Below are positions 1-14,421 of a stretch of 39,852 bases of DNA, one piece after another; position 1 is the stretch's first letter, and each line of letters starts with the position of its first letter. The stretch is from Octopus bimaculoides (taxonomy: Eukaryota): contig NC_068981.1 in assembly GCF_001194135.2 (NCBI RefSeq), positions 76,023,373 through 76,063,224 on the forward strand. The letters run 5' to 3'. The translations under genes were made by a program, and so were the position numbers. The notes under the pieces are model-generated. The model had not been told where the DNA came from. It ran no database searches and was given only the letters and a program-made list of their open reading frames with translations.

Positions 1-4
1 TATA

Positions 5-5
5 T

Positions 6-79
<74 letters not shown>

Positions 80-92
80 ATAGATAGATAGA
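5..92. repeat. (GATA)n/(GA)n microsatellite
   Basis: Directly visible tagatagata... tract with an internal (GA)n run. Confidence 0.95.
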
Positions 93-849
93 ATAGCTGG
101 TGTTAGAATTCATATATGTATATAAATAATACAAACACTTTGCTGAAAGTAAGAATCAATATAGTGTTGAGACAATTCGTAGTAATTACATGAAACTTCC
201 TTGTGATTGGAAATGCTACGAAGGAAAGAAAGTTATAATTCAATATTTGATGCCATATTATTTCACCGAGCGAAACGATTATCTACATCCACATGACCAA
301 TAAATAAATAAATAAGTAAATAACTAACTAAATAAATAAATGGACAGCTAAATAAATAAATAAATTAATAAAAGATTCTTTGAGAAAGAAAGTAACTACC
401 GATATTTTCCCTCATTTAGTGCTAAAATACATTTACTTTAGAAACTACAATATCCGGCCAGGTTTCAGATGTGCAAAGTCTCTCAGTAACTGAATCTTTA
501 TTAATAATAACTCATCATCAACGAATAACTGCTGTCGACCAACAACAGCAAATAACGCTGGCTGGTCGTCTATGGAAGATATTATATTGAAAGCTGATTA
601 TCATTCTAGAGTTATTTTTGATTTCTCTGATATATCTATGATCGGTCTACAAACTCACACGTAAATACACACAGTATACAGAAACAGATCCACGTGTGAA
701 AACACACCCTTTTCAAAATATACATGATATAAAAGTTCTCTCATTCGTATGTTTATAAATCTGAGAAGTGGTAGAAAATAAATATGGAATAGCAAAAGAG
801 AAGCATGTATTTACCCAGCTATATTTTTCGCAAGCTTTCTCTGTCCTGT

Positions 850-945
850 GCACATACACACATATATGCATGCATACTTACATACATACATACATACATA
901 CACACATACATACATACATAAATACATACATACATACATACATAC
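850..945. repeat. (CATA)n microsatellite
   Basis: Visible catacataca... tract; the source of the HTYIHT-type ORFs. Confidence 0.9.
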
Positions 946-1371
946 GAACTATTCAACTACTGAACTAGTGAAAAATCTGCAGTTACTCTGTCCAGATTAC
1001 AAGATCATGTTTATACCTGTAATTATTGGGGCTTTATGATATTAAACACACTGCTCAAATAACAGCCTTCAGAAACTAGGTTTCTTAAAACCAGAAAGGA
1101 GAAAGCGGATTTGAAGACCACAGATCTAGATCATCAGTGAAACTATAAAAATCTGTAAAACTTTCCAGAAGTTTATCCTTTAAGTATATATGTGCATGTC
1201 TAGATATGCGACTATATGCATGAGAAGGCAAACATTAAACAAAACACAAATCTACGCATATACATACATACAAAAACACCCCGTTGATGTTGTTGAAATT
1301 CCGATGAAGGTGCATCAGATTTGGGTTAAAAACACTCTTTTCTATTGGCAAAAATCTCGAATGAGACACAG

Positions 1372-1428
<57 letters not shown>

Positions 1429-1485
1429 CACACACGCACACACACACGCACACACACACATGCATACATACATACATACATACGT
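1372..1485. repeat. (CA)n/(CATA)n microsatellite
   Basis: Visible tract; the source of the HTHT/CVCV ORFs. Confidence 0.95.
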
Positions 1486-2911
1486 GTGTGTGAACTATTG
1501 ATTTTTCAGATTATCTCCCCTGCTCAAGTGGAGGTGGCTTTAACTGCCATTTACTGATTATATGATTGATCCTCTGAATATGCTGATAGTTATATTAAAT
1601 CAAGAATTTATATATCGTATGCTATTTGACATACTTGCCGGGTGATTATGTATGTTGTTCAAATGCATATCACCGGCCACATTTCGCACGTTTTTGTTTA
1701 AATTATGCAAATTATTTAGGCCATAAATGTATTCTACTCTGTTTGAATATATACCTAAATCCCTGCTTACAAGCTCGGACAATTACCGCGTCGATGAAGG
1801 CTTTTGAGCCCAGAACATATTTTCAGGGCTGTCCTGTTATCTTCATACAATAAGCCAATCTGTTTTCTAAATGGCATGTCGATTTGGAGAAATCATACTT
1901 TTTGGGATTATTTCACTTTCTCAAGTGAATCATGTCTTAATTGCCATTTGCTAATTATGATTCATTCACTACAGGTGGCTATAATTTAAATAAATGAAAA
2001 ATTCATACTGTCTGCTATTTGCTATGTCTGTATTTATTTATATTGGCCAAATATTGTCCACTGGTCTCCCTGAGGTACTACTTTTACCTCATTACACATG
2101 CACCCACGCGTTCATGTATGTGTGTGTACCAGTGTGTGTCATTTTATATGCATCTGTGTGTGTGTGTGTACTGTTCGTTTATTGATAGGAAGAATAAAAA
2201 AAGAAGCTCTCAATTAATCAGCAGTAAATTAAATTATCATTTAATAAATACAGGTGTGAGTTTATTTAAAGTGTACTCTGTACCATCCGGAAATCGTTGA
2301 GACTCATTCAACATGGCTAACTCGTGAGAAAAAAACGTGAAAATAGTTAAGAAACCGTTTGAGGGACAGAAAGGTGTGTCGGTTCTTTAAAGCTAATCGT
2401 AGCATCAATCTAAACGAAAGAGTATGATGTTAATTTATACCAGGGGAAGGTGATTTCGAAATTAAGCCGATCTTTGACTTCATGACTCCGTTTTCTTCTT
2501 AAATACTCAAGCATATATGCATTTTGATTCATGTTGTAGGTGGCGCTTCATGTAAGATCATATTTATTTCAGAAATATATTATGAAACTTAGCGATATTA
2601 CAACCGATAAATTCTAAACCTGTGGTGAAGCAAAACATAAAAATGGGTCTTGAAAAGAAAAACCGGACATTTTCTTTTTCTCTCTGAGTTTCGGGACCAA
2701 TCGGGAGAAAGTTACGACCTTAATGAATGGAAATATATGCCCCGTATACATCATCGACAGAATATGTGACTTAGATGTTATTGGAGGGAAAATGTATGCC
2801 ATAGCCATACTATCGTTGCAAATATCTTGCTACAACGGGATTGTACTAGTTATATTAGTAAGAACATCTGCAGCGAAAGATGTTTCATAATATGTTACTC
2901 TGATAATCTTA

Positions 2912-3190
2912 GTGAATCCACGCAAGCGCAAAACCGTCCAGCCTGGCGAAGCTGCACTAACAGAGGTGTCAACTCCTACCGAGAGAACAAGACTACAAGG
3001 ACACAAAGAAAACGCGAACTGCGCAAGTCTAGAGCCAATTCCTCGCCGTCAGTCCTAGCAGAATACCAATACCCGACATGCGACAGATTCTTCTGAGAAT
3101 GTATTGGATTAATCGGCCACAGCCGAGCACACCATGACCGTCTTCTCTCATGTGAGGCTCTTGGCCATCGTCATCAACGGGGTACGACTT
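2912..3190 (+). mobile_element. 5'-truncated RTE-clade LINE 3' end (C-terminus of ORF2 with C2H2-like motif), inactive
   Basis: One frame reads QAQNRPAWRSCTNRGVNSY...RKRELRKSR...YPTCDRFF*ECIGLIGHSRAH through the TGA at 3094-3096. This matches the RTE/BovB-type C-terminus pattern AQDRxxWRxxIxxG...KRxxRK...CPxCxRxFRARIGLxSHxRxH. Confidence 0.8.
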
Positions 3191-3471
3191 CATATATCCA
3201 ATTAACAAGCATATATGGGCATTCTGGGTAAATATAAATATAGGTGCTCGACTTATAAGTGTGAATGAAATTGGGTGGACACGGAATACAAAGAAGCACC
3301 TCGAGTAGATTGTTGTTGCAGTTGAAAGAAAATCTGTTACGCTGATTTAACCTGAGAATTACGTTACTTGTACACATACTTGTGGAAAGCAGATGATTCA
3401 ACTGAGCGAACAGTTCAGCTCTCTTGGTTGACCAATGGAGAACTGCTGCCGTATATATATATATATATATA

Positions 3472-3878
3472 NNNNNNNNNNNNNNNNNNNNNNNNNNNNN
3501 NNNNNNNNNNNNNNNNNNNNNNNNNNNNNNNNNNNNNNNNNNNNNNNNNNNNNNNNNNNNNNNNNNNNNNNNNNNNNNNNNNNNNNNNNNNNNNNNNNNN
3601 NNNNNNNNNNNNNNNNNNNNNNNNNNNNNNNNNNNNNNNNNNNNNNNNNNNNNNNNNNNNNNNNNNNNNNNNNNNNNNNNNNNNNNNNNNNNNNNNNNNN
3701 NNNNNNNNNNNNNNNNNNNNNNNNNNNNNNNNNNNNNNNNNNNNNNNNNNNNNNNNNNNNNNNNNNNNNNNNNNNNNNNNNNNNNNNNNNNNNNNNNNNN
3801 NNNNNNNNNNNNNNNNNNNNNNNNNNNNNNNNNNNNNNNNNNNNNNNNNNNNNNNNNNNNNNNNNNNNNNNNNNNNNN
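3472..3878. other. Assembly gap (N run)
   Basis: N run preceded by (TA)n. Confidence 0.98.
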
Positions 3879-5019
3879 TGTGACCGATCGATCGCATCTG
3901 TTTTCTCTTGGAGATTGTTTCATTGTAGTTTCTCTCAGTACCTATGACTTATCAAAACTATTCACGTACATCTATGCTTAAACAGCTTCAAATCTTGCAG
4001 TTTAATAAAAGAAAAAGAACAATAATAAAATAAAGCAAATGATACCATTAAAACTTAAGTTTTGTGGCAGTAAAAATTATTTGTTGAATGCACAGTGGCT
4101 TATTATAGAAATATAGTTCTGCATAATGTATACTGCAATTCACTTGGGTGGTGAAAAATCAATATACAAGTTATTGTGAGCATCTTCGCTCTAGTATTAA
4201 GCATGAAATACGTAATAAGAAAAATAATTTTGCGACGAAGAAAAGATTAAGTCAAAGGAAAAGACGATTAACTCAATGATTTTAACAATTTTGTCACATC
4301 CTTAGCGTAATATTATATTGTATAATCCACACCGCATGAGCGGCATATATACTTTATATCGTTAGCAGAAGTAGTGACAGGAATCCTACTAAATAACAGT
4401 GAAATATTGTATATGAGTAGACGTGAAAAATTTGTAAATTTAAAGAAAAAAAACCACTGCGATAAAAGCTATACGCTATTGTTCTTCCGAAGAGTGCATA
4501 TGCACAAATGTGCTGATGTGTGCATGTGAGTACGTGTGAAATCAGGCAGTGTCGTTTAGTGCTTTACGTAATTTCAAATTTTTCATAATTGTCATAGTTC
4601 TTCGATTTTTTTTCGAAGGCCTAACGATTCTATTACTTTAATATTCACTATGTTGCTATTTTATTTTATTTTCACTTGAAGACGGAAAATTTAACATGGC
4701 ACTTCAGTTTCGAAGAGTTTGAAGCAAAATTTATGTTATTCGTTGAAATGCTTCTACTCATGCAATATCTTAATAATTTACTATACTCCATTACCTGCTG
4801 TAAAGATTCCATTACATTTTGAAGACTAAAACGTCATTTTCGAAGTACTTTCCTTGACATATTAAAAATTGTTGGATATTAAAAGCGGATTAAGCTTCGC
4901 TTCTCTCATTCTTTTAGATGAAATCCAATAATTTTAGGTTTCGTATTCACATGCTCAATCTGGTATAGTTTGTCCAGTAGACGCATACTCCGATTATTTG
5001 CGCTGCTAACTGATGAACA

Positions 5020-5170
5020 ATACAAGCAATTTTGAAAGGACAATTTTGACTAGAAAAGAGGAAATGCAAAGGTTATACTGGCAAGATTTGAACTCAGAAT
5101 GTAAAGAACCAGGAGAAATAACGCGAAGCCTTTCTGGCTGGCTTTTAACAGTACTGCCTGCTCTCTGGTA
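5020..5170 (-). mobile_element. Degenerate tRNA-derived SINE, probably the same family as 15310-15520
   Basis: The reverse complement contains a B-box-like GAGTTCAAATC (5085-5095). The flanking gaactcagaatgtaaa segment resembles the reverse complement of the 15310-15520 head. Confidence 0.5.
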
Positions 5171-5298
5171 TTAGGCTACTACTATATGATAATTTACAAT
5201 CTTAGAGGTATTTATGCTAATTCTATTATTTCTTTTCCCAGGTGTCTAATATCATTTAAATAACTTCTTTCATTACAATTAATTGATAAAATATACTA

Positions 5299-5523
5299 CA
5301 GTAATCTCTCAACATATCGCGGTTCACCTATCGCGGTTTATTATTTAAGCTTACGTCAATTCTTCCGTGGTGTTGTTTTGCATTTAAAATAAAATAAATA
5401 TATTCAAATTAGGAAAATAGTACAAGAACATATACAGTACAATAGGTTCTACTTCGGGGAGGAGTTTCCCCCTATAGTGTGTGTTTTGGGAACGTAACAC
5501 ACGCGATAGTCGAGGAATTACTG
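5299..5523. mobile_element. Tc1/mariner-superfamily (pogo/Tigger-like) MITE with TA target-site duplication
   Basis: The left end TA|CAGTAATCTCTCAACATATCGCG and the right end read on the minus strand TA|CAGTAATTCCTCGACTATCGCG form imperfect terminal inverted repeats (TIRs). TA occurs at 5297-5298 and 5524-5525. No ORF. Confidence 0.75.
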
Positions 5524-7648
5524 TATTGTAGTTTAATGCTATGTTAGACATGATTCAAGTGACGTAAAATCATGCAGTCTCACACTTTTTGATTCAATGT
5601 ATCTACGATCACATTGCAAAATGTTTTGTTTCTTTTTCAGCCACCCAGGTATTATTTGAGGGTATTTCGCTACTATTTCACTAGGTCAAGCAACTTAACG
5701 CGATATGATATATAATTCTTAGCTTGAATAAAATTTTATTTCTCCCACCCTTCCTCTCTCACTCTCTCTCCCTCTATCTCTCTCTCTCATTCTCTTTCTG
5801 TCTATGTATTGCATTACTTTCTGTCTTTTTCCTTATACATTTTGGTTTATGTGTTTCTGTTTTCCTCTGCGTCTCACACAGATAGGAAACACACCTGTCC
5901 AGTGAGTTTAGACAGTTGTAGAAAATGACATTAATCTTGCTTTCATTTAGCATCAGTAAAAAGTAGCTTGAAACCAAAGATAATGATCATGAAGACAATC
6001 AAAATATTGTGCTCCTAAACGTCACGGATTAATGCTTCGAATTACGATATATCTTTCAATTCGACAGTTCCTTTTTTCATAATACTCTTTTTAATAAGAT
6101 CTTATTCAAAAACATGAATGTGGTTGATTATTAACTTGAATTACAAACCACTTCTATAGCATCGCTCTTCCAGAAATATGAAGAAAATAAGAGAAAATTA
6201 GCTGAATAACTGAATGATGTTCAATTGTAACGTTTATTAAATTATCTGACTTTTGCTTTAGAATGCACATTGTTTTCGATCTGTAACATTCTACACAAAA
6301 GGGTGGCGTATATCTGTTTTTCTATATCCGTATTTCTTTTATAATAATGCATTGTATCGTAATCTAATTTCATTCATCGTTGAAGAAAACAAATATCATT
6401 ATCAAATACATGGTGTTATGATTTCTAATTTAATATCGTCTACTCTGAAAAGTATAGATATTAGTAACAGACAAATGTCTCCTGAAATTTTAACGAAAAA
6501 CAAATTTTTGGTATTCAGTTCAGAATGAAGATAAAAAAGCATATAAGAAAAGTATTTCTAAAGTACAAAAGCAAGACAACCGTTTTTAGATGTTTTTATT
6601 TTCTATTAGCATATGCTATTTTGGTCTCACATTTTGGTCTACTATACTATTCAATGTTTCCCGTGTTCTGAAGTAGTGGTTGAAATATATGTGACGGTTT
6701 TGGGCGACCTAAATGTTATCTCTTCATGGCCATATATTTATAAATATTGAAAGAATCTGCAAACCAAAATTAGAGACAGAAGACGTAACTGCCGCAAAAG
6801 AACAGGAATATCTGTTTTTGAACCTGTGTTTTACAGCCTTGTAAAATAAGAACAAATATTTTGTACAATGTGCAGTGCGAAGAAAACCGAAATCAAATAC
6901 ATTTCATGGCATAGAAGATACGTATATATGAAAATGTATATATACAGATAAATATATATATAAATATANNNNNNNNNNNNTTAGTGACAGAATAAGAAAC
7001 ATTATGTTCGGGTCAACGACTCAACATAACACCACCCTTCAAACAAACAATCATATATTAAAAAAATACACCATGGTCCACAAACACATACGAGAAGATA
7101 ATATAAAAATAATACATATACATAAAATGTACAATTGTAAAAGGCATATATTCTAATAAAATACAAATATATCTAATTCGAGTTATGAATATTTATAAAA
7201 CGTAAGATGTATTTTTTATAATAGAATACAAAAGGTCTAAAAGTTAAAATAAAGCGACTAAAAATTCAAAATACCAGTCCTACTAGAGAAATAAATAATA
7301 TGAAGATAAAATAAATTGTCCACCCACTAAAGGTTTTAACTGACAATTAAAATACTTTTTAAATTATTTAAAGTCATTCAAAAGGTATTTAAAAAGATAT
7401 ATATTTTTTTTTTAAAGATTTGAAATGGTCTATTACTTCCCTCAACCGGTACAAGATCATAATAAAGCCGTCTTTATGATGTGAATGTAATTGTTATCCT
7501 GATGAAGGGGTCATTGCCGGATTGCACCTTGGTGTAATTGAACTACTTGAGTGTGTTGCTTTTGACAGGTGTGCTTATATGAACTTTTGAAAGTTTTTGC
7601 GAGAAGAAACAATTTTTTCAGGATGTTTTGGGATTTTACCTGTGAAAG

Positions 7649-7893
7649 ACTGTCAGCTGCGTGTTATGTTCTTGAGCAAGGCACTTTATTTCACGTTGCT
7701 CAGTTCACTCAGCTATAGAAATAAGTTGCGACGTCACAGGTGCCAAGCTGTATCGGCCTTTGCCTTTCTCTTGGATAACACTGGTGGTGTCGAGAGGGGA
7801 GATCGGTATGCATGGGCGACTGCCCGGACTTGTGCCTCGGAGGGTAACTTTCTAGGTGCAATCCCATGGTCAGTCATGACCGAAGTGGGTCTC
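7649..7893 (+). mobile_element. SINE body/3' part with CORE-like motif, head missing
   Basis: GC-richer island containing CTTGAGCAAGGCACTTT (7671-7687), which resembles the CORE-SINE motif CTTGGGCAAGTCACTT and is shared with 26058-26074. It ends at a (TA)n tract. Confidence 0.55.
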
Positions 7894-7894
7894 A

Positions 7895-8000
7895 GCATAT
7901 ATAATATATATATTATATATATGTATGTATCTATATGTAGTATTTATATATGTAATATAAATACATATATATTTCATACATATAAATTATATATTTCATA

Positions 8001-8071
<71 letters not shown>

Positions 8072-8100
8072 ATATATATATATGTGTGTGTATATATATA
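7895..8100. repeat. (TA)n-rich microsatellite
   Basis: Visible tract. Confidence 0.9.
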
Positions 8101-9484
8101 GGTGCGTCTCAGTATATTTCAAGTTATATTAACGGAGTGCGCAATGCATGACTGTGAAGTTCTAATAACAGAATATTGTGCACTTGGAATGATATACCTG
8201 TTAACATCACTACGAAATATAATTGTTAATACGAAATTAACTTATAACGTAGGTCTGTGTGTTGATGAAAATCTGTTAATGTAACTGGCACCTTGTATTA
8301 ATTATTCTTTGCTAGCAACGATTATGAGTGACCGAAAATACATCAAATATTTATATCCTTGGATCTGTGTCCGTGTATTGGAAAATAATAATGTTATAAT
8401 TGAGCTACGGACACTATCTACTGCATTATCCTAAATATAGATATTTCTAATGTATAATGCTTCGTCACAGAATTAAATTTTCAAATGGTCTCATAAAATA
8501 TGATGCAGATTTGTTGTTGAATTAAAAATTATAAATAATCAGGTTGGGTAGAGCCACGTGTGTTTGCGGGCATGTGTATGTATGTCGGGAAGTATGAAAT
8601 ATAACTGAAGTATGCATACGTGATACATTTACGACAAATACTAGTTTGAATCATACTAGTTGAATCATACGGGTTGCTTTTAAGCGATAAATTTGAAACT
8701 GTATCGCAAATTGAGGAACACGTGAAATGCAACTCTCATTTACTTCTGAGAATAGGTCTAAGAATTTGCTAATGAGATTTTATACAGTTTTAGAGAATTT
8801 CTGAAACCAAGCGAAGAAAATGCTCATAAAATTCCACAGCAGGCGTGTCAGATACAGAATTGTTGATAGGTGAAAATGTGATTCAGCAAAAAAGAAAGAA
8901 AAAATGAAAGAGATATGAAAATCAATTTTTCCAAAGCTGGCATAATTCATAAGGTGACAGCAAGAAATACAAGTACAAGAGCATCAAAATCAGTAAAAAC
9001 AAAACACTAGTATTAATACCAACTGGTAATTTTATCTGGTTGATGATAATAATGGCCAACAGCATACATGTATAATATATACACACACACGCACGCATAT
9101 CTATATACATCTATATATGTACATATCTATATACATTCACGCACACACAGGTACGCCATATACGTGTGTATTTATGTGTGCGTGAGTTTTATCCAATTCC
9201 AGACACCAAAGGTGACACAAAATGAGTTATAATCTTTTCTCCTGTCAATTACATAGTCGGTCGTTCATATTACTTGTTATCAGAAATGTCGGATTAATGT
9301 TCATTATTTTTAAAGCTGTTAAATGGTTTTACATAACTAATTGGTTTCTTCAAGAAGAGAAACTGAAACATCGCCAGATACTTAAATTTGAAACGATGGA
9401 ATGACGAGAAGATATCCGAACGAAATGGTAAATTCAATAAAAGGAGTCATGCAACAACAATGGAGTCAGTTTCGATATCTGTAA

Positions 9485-9517
<33 letters not shown>

Positions 9518-10243
9518 NNNNNNNNNNNNNNNNNNNNNNNNNNNNNNNNNNNNNNNNNNNNNNNNNNNNNNNNNNNNNNNNNNNNNNNNNNNNNNNNNNN
9601 NNNNNNNNNNNNNNNNNNNNNNNNNNNNNNNNNNNNNNNNNNNNNNNNNNNNNNNNNNNNNNNNNNNNNNNNNNNNNNNNNNNNNNNNNNNNNNNNNNNN
9701 NNNNNNNNNNNNNNNNNNNNNNNNNNNNNNNNNNNNNNNNNNNNNNNNNNNNNNNNNNNNNNNNNNNNNNNNNNNNNNNNNNNNNNNNNNNNNNNNNNNN
9801 NNNNNNNNNNNNNNNNNNNNNNNNNNNNNNNNNNNNNNNNNNNNNNNNNNNNNNNNNNNNNNNNNNNNNNNNNNNNNNNNNNNNNNNNNNNNNNNNNNNN
9901 NNNNNNNNNNNNNNNNNNNNNNNNNNNNNNNNNNNNNNNNNNNNNNNNNNNNNNNNNNNNNNNNNNNNNNNNNNNNNNNNNNNNNNNNNNNNNNNNNNNN
10001 NNNNNNNNNNNNNNNNNNNNNNNNNNNNNNNNNNNNNNNNNNNNNNNNNNNNNNNNNNNNNNNNNNNNNNNNNNNNNNNNNNNNNNNNNNNNNNNNNNNN
10101 NNNNNNNNNNNNNNNNNNNNNNNNNNNNNNNNNNNNNNNNNNNNNNNNNNNNNNNNNNNNNNNNNNNNNNNNNNNNNNNNNNNNNNNNNNNNNNNNNNNN
10201 NNNNNNNNNNNNNNNNNNNNNNNNNNNNNNNNNNNNNNNNNNN
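9518..10243. other. Assembly gap (N run)
   Basis: N run preceded by (TA)n. Confidence 0.98.
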
Positions 10244-13200
10244 CCTCCGAGGATATAAAAAATGTACACTATTATTCTCTATTGTAATACTGTTCCCTGT
10301 TATTGATATTCATAAATATACGTTTAGATAGGTTGCAGTTTCAACTACATCAAAGAAATTTTGTGATGGACAATAAATTATACCTCATGAAAAAGGAAAT
10401 CAATTGTTGGGGCTTGTTTCTCAGCAAACGAGCTTATTTGACCAAGGCTCATTTCATCTATCGGTCAAGATAGTGAATAGTGAAAACTTTCTCTAATCAA
10501 CTACCTTTTATTTCTATTTTTATTCCAACTAAACAGAAATAACTTGGCATGCTAGTGGAGAGCTGGTTTGCATTATTCATGCTTTTACACAATGTATAAT
10601 TAGAAAACTTACCAATCAACTCCAATGTAGTAATTCCATTATTTTTTTCCGCAAAAGATAATAATTTTATTTAATTTTGATCAGAGCAAAGGCATGAATG
10701 CTATTGGACTAACGGAAGATTAAAGAGAAAGAAAACCAACACAGTTTTAATTGCTTGGGTCAGGGACTCTTTCTCTAACGCAAACAATGCATAGAAAATA
10801 CTATTGATATTCTGGCAACATTAGCATGTTTTTTGTCTCCTGATATTCGTGAAATTTATTATTGTTAATTTTGTCGTTTTTTAATATAATTTTCTCTGAA
10901 ATTAGAAAATGGGTGTGAATAAATTTAAATTTTAATACCACTAATTATCTATAATATTACACACTTTCAGGTAATTTTTTCTTGTCTTTGTAAAAATTTG
11001 TTTTATGTTACATATTTTATTATATATGATGTTATCGTGTTCCTCCGAGTTTTCATTAAATTACTAGGAAAATTTCCCTTTTGACAAACTCTTTCTTCAC
11101 TTTATGTTCAATACAGGTATTCTTTTCTAATTCAAATTATTCTACTTGTTCACTTGCTTCTCTCTTTCTTTCCACCTCCTCATCTCTTCTATTATTACTA
11201 ATGTTGTAATTATTATTTTTATTAGTAGCAGCAGCATGTTGTTGATGGTTGTTGTAATGGTGGTAGTAGCTGCAGTAGGAGTAATAGTATGTTTCCAGGT
11301 TAATAATTGGTGTACAAGATTACGGTAACAACGTTTATAGATCCAGGCTTTTTATCTAATGTGCCAATATCTTCCATTATAGATAATTTCTAAATATCGT
11401 TAAGGAGTCTTGGTATCATTTCAGTGATAGAGATTACAAATTGGTTGATAAACATCTTCTAATTTCCATAACGGCTTTAGTCTAACAGCTTGTTTCATGT
11501 TATGCCTTTCCATTTCACCTTGCTTTTTCCTAAAATTATAGTCATTTGGCACTGCCATTTTGATAATAAGCCATAGTAGCTGAAAATGATGTAATATCCA
11601 TTATGTGCTTTCCACATAATGCTAATTTCTCTAGTATTAACTCATTGTTATTTTGCTAGTGGTACATATTAATACAAAAGAGCATCATTTTATGTATTTG
11701 AACTTTAGCACCTCGTCGAATGTAAAGCTGCTTTGCTACTTTCAGGCACTTTTCACACACGAATTTATACTCATTTACGTTCGAATATTTGCAGAATGTT
11801 AATGTATCCAACTCATTATATCCTGTCACTGACGTTCGAAATTACCTGCTGTACTAGTTAGTGTTCCTAGTTATATTGATACATGTATTATTTTAATCTT
11901 TTTTGTACTTGTTTCTTTTTGTTAGGACATTACATTGTCCTTAAATTACATTACAAGACTGAAACAGCTATCAACATAACAAACATGTGCAGCATACAAT
12001 TTTGTCATTCTGAGAAGCCGATAACAGAAGCGTTTAATCCTCTAACTCCTCGTGTATTATCCCCAGTTGGCTTATTATATGAGGCAATTTTAATGTTACA
12101 AACATAGAATGAATTGTAAAGAAAAAAGGCTTTTCTTATTCCGATATACGCTGACAGTATTTTCTATGACCGTAAGACATGTCAGAAATTTCTTCGTTCT
12201 AATTTTCTTTAAACGCACAATGAGGTCTCAAATTGACGTATTTCAAGCATTTTAATATATTATTTATGTAAACGCAAATCTTAATCCGACAAGGGTTTCA
12301 TCATCCTCCAAATCCTCCTTTTCCAAATCCCTAAACTTGCGATATTTGTACAAATAATTTCAGCTACGTATATCTAAAGTATTCGACAAAATACCTACCA
12401 TTATTTGATGTGATTTATTTTACATGTTCAGCTCAAGGCTAAACGCTTTTCTACAATCTTTGGTCATTAAAATACAAACAAGTGAAGTACTGAAGTATAA
12501 TTGATCGGCTATGCGTTTCTCTCCAAAATTCAGGATCTGTCTTTATATTGAATATAATTATTAGATTCTCAAGCACTACCTAGATATTCGAATTTTTTTC
12601 TACCACAATATATTCTCCTTTTGCACTTACGTCATACGGATTTCAGTTTCATTTTTATATGTTTGCTTACTTTTACGTACCTGATATATATTGTGTACTA
12701 TGTAAATTTAGAAACTGTCTACTCGTGTACACTGCAACATGTTCCAGCTACTTTACATATGCGTATATATAAACACCATTATTATATATTATATATTCCA
12801 GAACTATATTTCTGTTATTTCTATCTATAGTAACGTTAACATTACTCTTTTTCTTTCTTTTTTTTTTTTTTGCTTGTTTTAAACAATTTGTAATTTGTGA
12901 GCACAACAAAGTTCAAATTTTCATTCATAGATATGTATATGTTAGTAGCTTTATATGGAGATGGTGATTAAAAATAATAAATAAAAGCTGCTTCTTATCT
13001 AGAATACAAAATTTCGCGATAAATACTAGGCTGTTATGAAGGTATTCACCACCTCCATTTGAACCAAAGTTTATTTCTTATATCAGTATTTGATGTGTTA
13101 AAACAAATTAAAATTAATTTGTGTACTTCGAGTAAACGTTACAGAGGTACATGGTCATAAAGTATCTTAATCAGTTTGAATATTAATTTCAGTTCTACGT

Positions 13201-14293
13201 TACTAACACGTTTTACGACAGAATTTCTGTTGAACTTCCAAATAGATAAAATATAGAAAGCTGATTGAGTACGAAATTTTATAGGAGTGTTTAGTAGTAA
13301 ATTTGTTCAAAAGGGCCGGCTTCTCTTAAAACAAATAAATTACAAGCTTCCCTTTTTCTCAACATTTAACTCGTTTGCGGCTTGCATTTCCCACACTCTA
13401 TAATCATTTGTATGTGTACACCGCATAATTTATTGATGCACGAACAGTGTTCGTTTTGATGCAACCAGGCTGAAATTTTCAAAACTGGTTCTGCTGATAA
13501 CATTCTTGTCCAAGGCGAGATTTTATATAAAATAGTCCGTTTGTGGCTTTCCAACATATTTATGTGAGTTTCAATGGTATGTACTGTGTTGGATGAAATC
13601 TAATGGCCTTTTCAACAGTATATTTTAAATTCAGGTATCGAAAATATATACCACTGAAATTAAAACATCATTTGGGTAGTGTTTTTTAAAAGGACACTTT
13701 CAAGATCATGATCAGAAAAATATTATCGTAAATAGCAGGGAATAAAACTCAAAGGTCTGTCCAATAATTATCGCACCCTAAGAGACGTTTTGTACTGAAG
13801 CAAGGAATTAAGCAACAAAGCAAAATGAAAATGACACAGGATGGAAATATTTTCAGGATCCTGAACTATCAAGTAGCAAATGTAGTTAAATAGTGATAGA
13901 GAGCAACGTTCTAATATAAATTAACAACCAATAAAAGTTTATTCAGGAGCAATTGGTGAAATAAATTACTACAGAAATAAACTAATCCCTTTTGTTAGAT
14001 GGTGACTGAAATAACTGTTGCTCAAAGTCAGAATTTTTACTAATGGCAAACATCAGTGAATAGGAGCTACCTTACGCCGGTGTTGTACGTAATCAATGCA
14101 TGTTTTGATACCGATTTACTATAAAGAAGCAAAGAATTCCAGAGTCAACTCTCTTGCGGTACACAATATTAAATTCAACTAAGAATCTATAAATCACTCA
14201 CTGTTCCTCCAGAAGTGGAGCCAGGAAATGAGTGCTGGGGTTACAACGCCTATTGTCTTTTGAGAATTTTTTTCAAGAGTAGCAAACAGCAGT

Positions 14294-14421
<128 letters not shown>

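Noticed and set aside
2229-2748. Possible Tc1/maT-type element (tacaggtg start, MANS*EKNVKIVK peptide)
   Set aside because: No convincing matching right TIR, and the peptide similarity is too weak.
3174-3981. Long ORFs of 160-316 aa spanning N gaps (also at 9388-10287, 18845-19693 and 27291-28288)
   Set aside because: They consist mostly of X from N runs plus microsatellite translation, so they are artefacts.
7597-8151. 184-aa ORF
   Set aside because: It is a SINE body plus (TA)n read-through (YIYI...), with no protein-like features.
11320-11558. Minus-strand MAVPNDYNFRKKQ...MKQAV resembling a pogo transposase HTH N-terminus
   Set aside because: Only a few scattered residues match and several indels are needed; no TIR was found. 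It would need an HMM hit.
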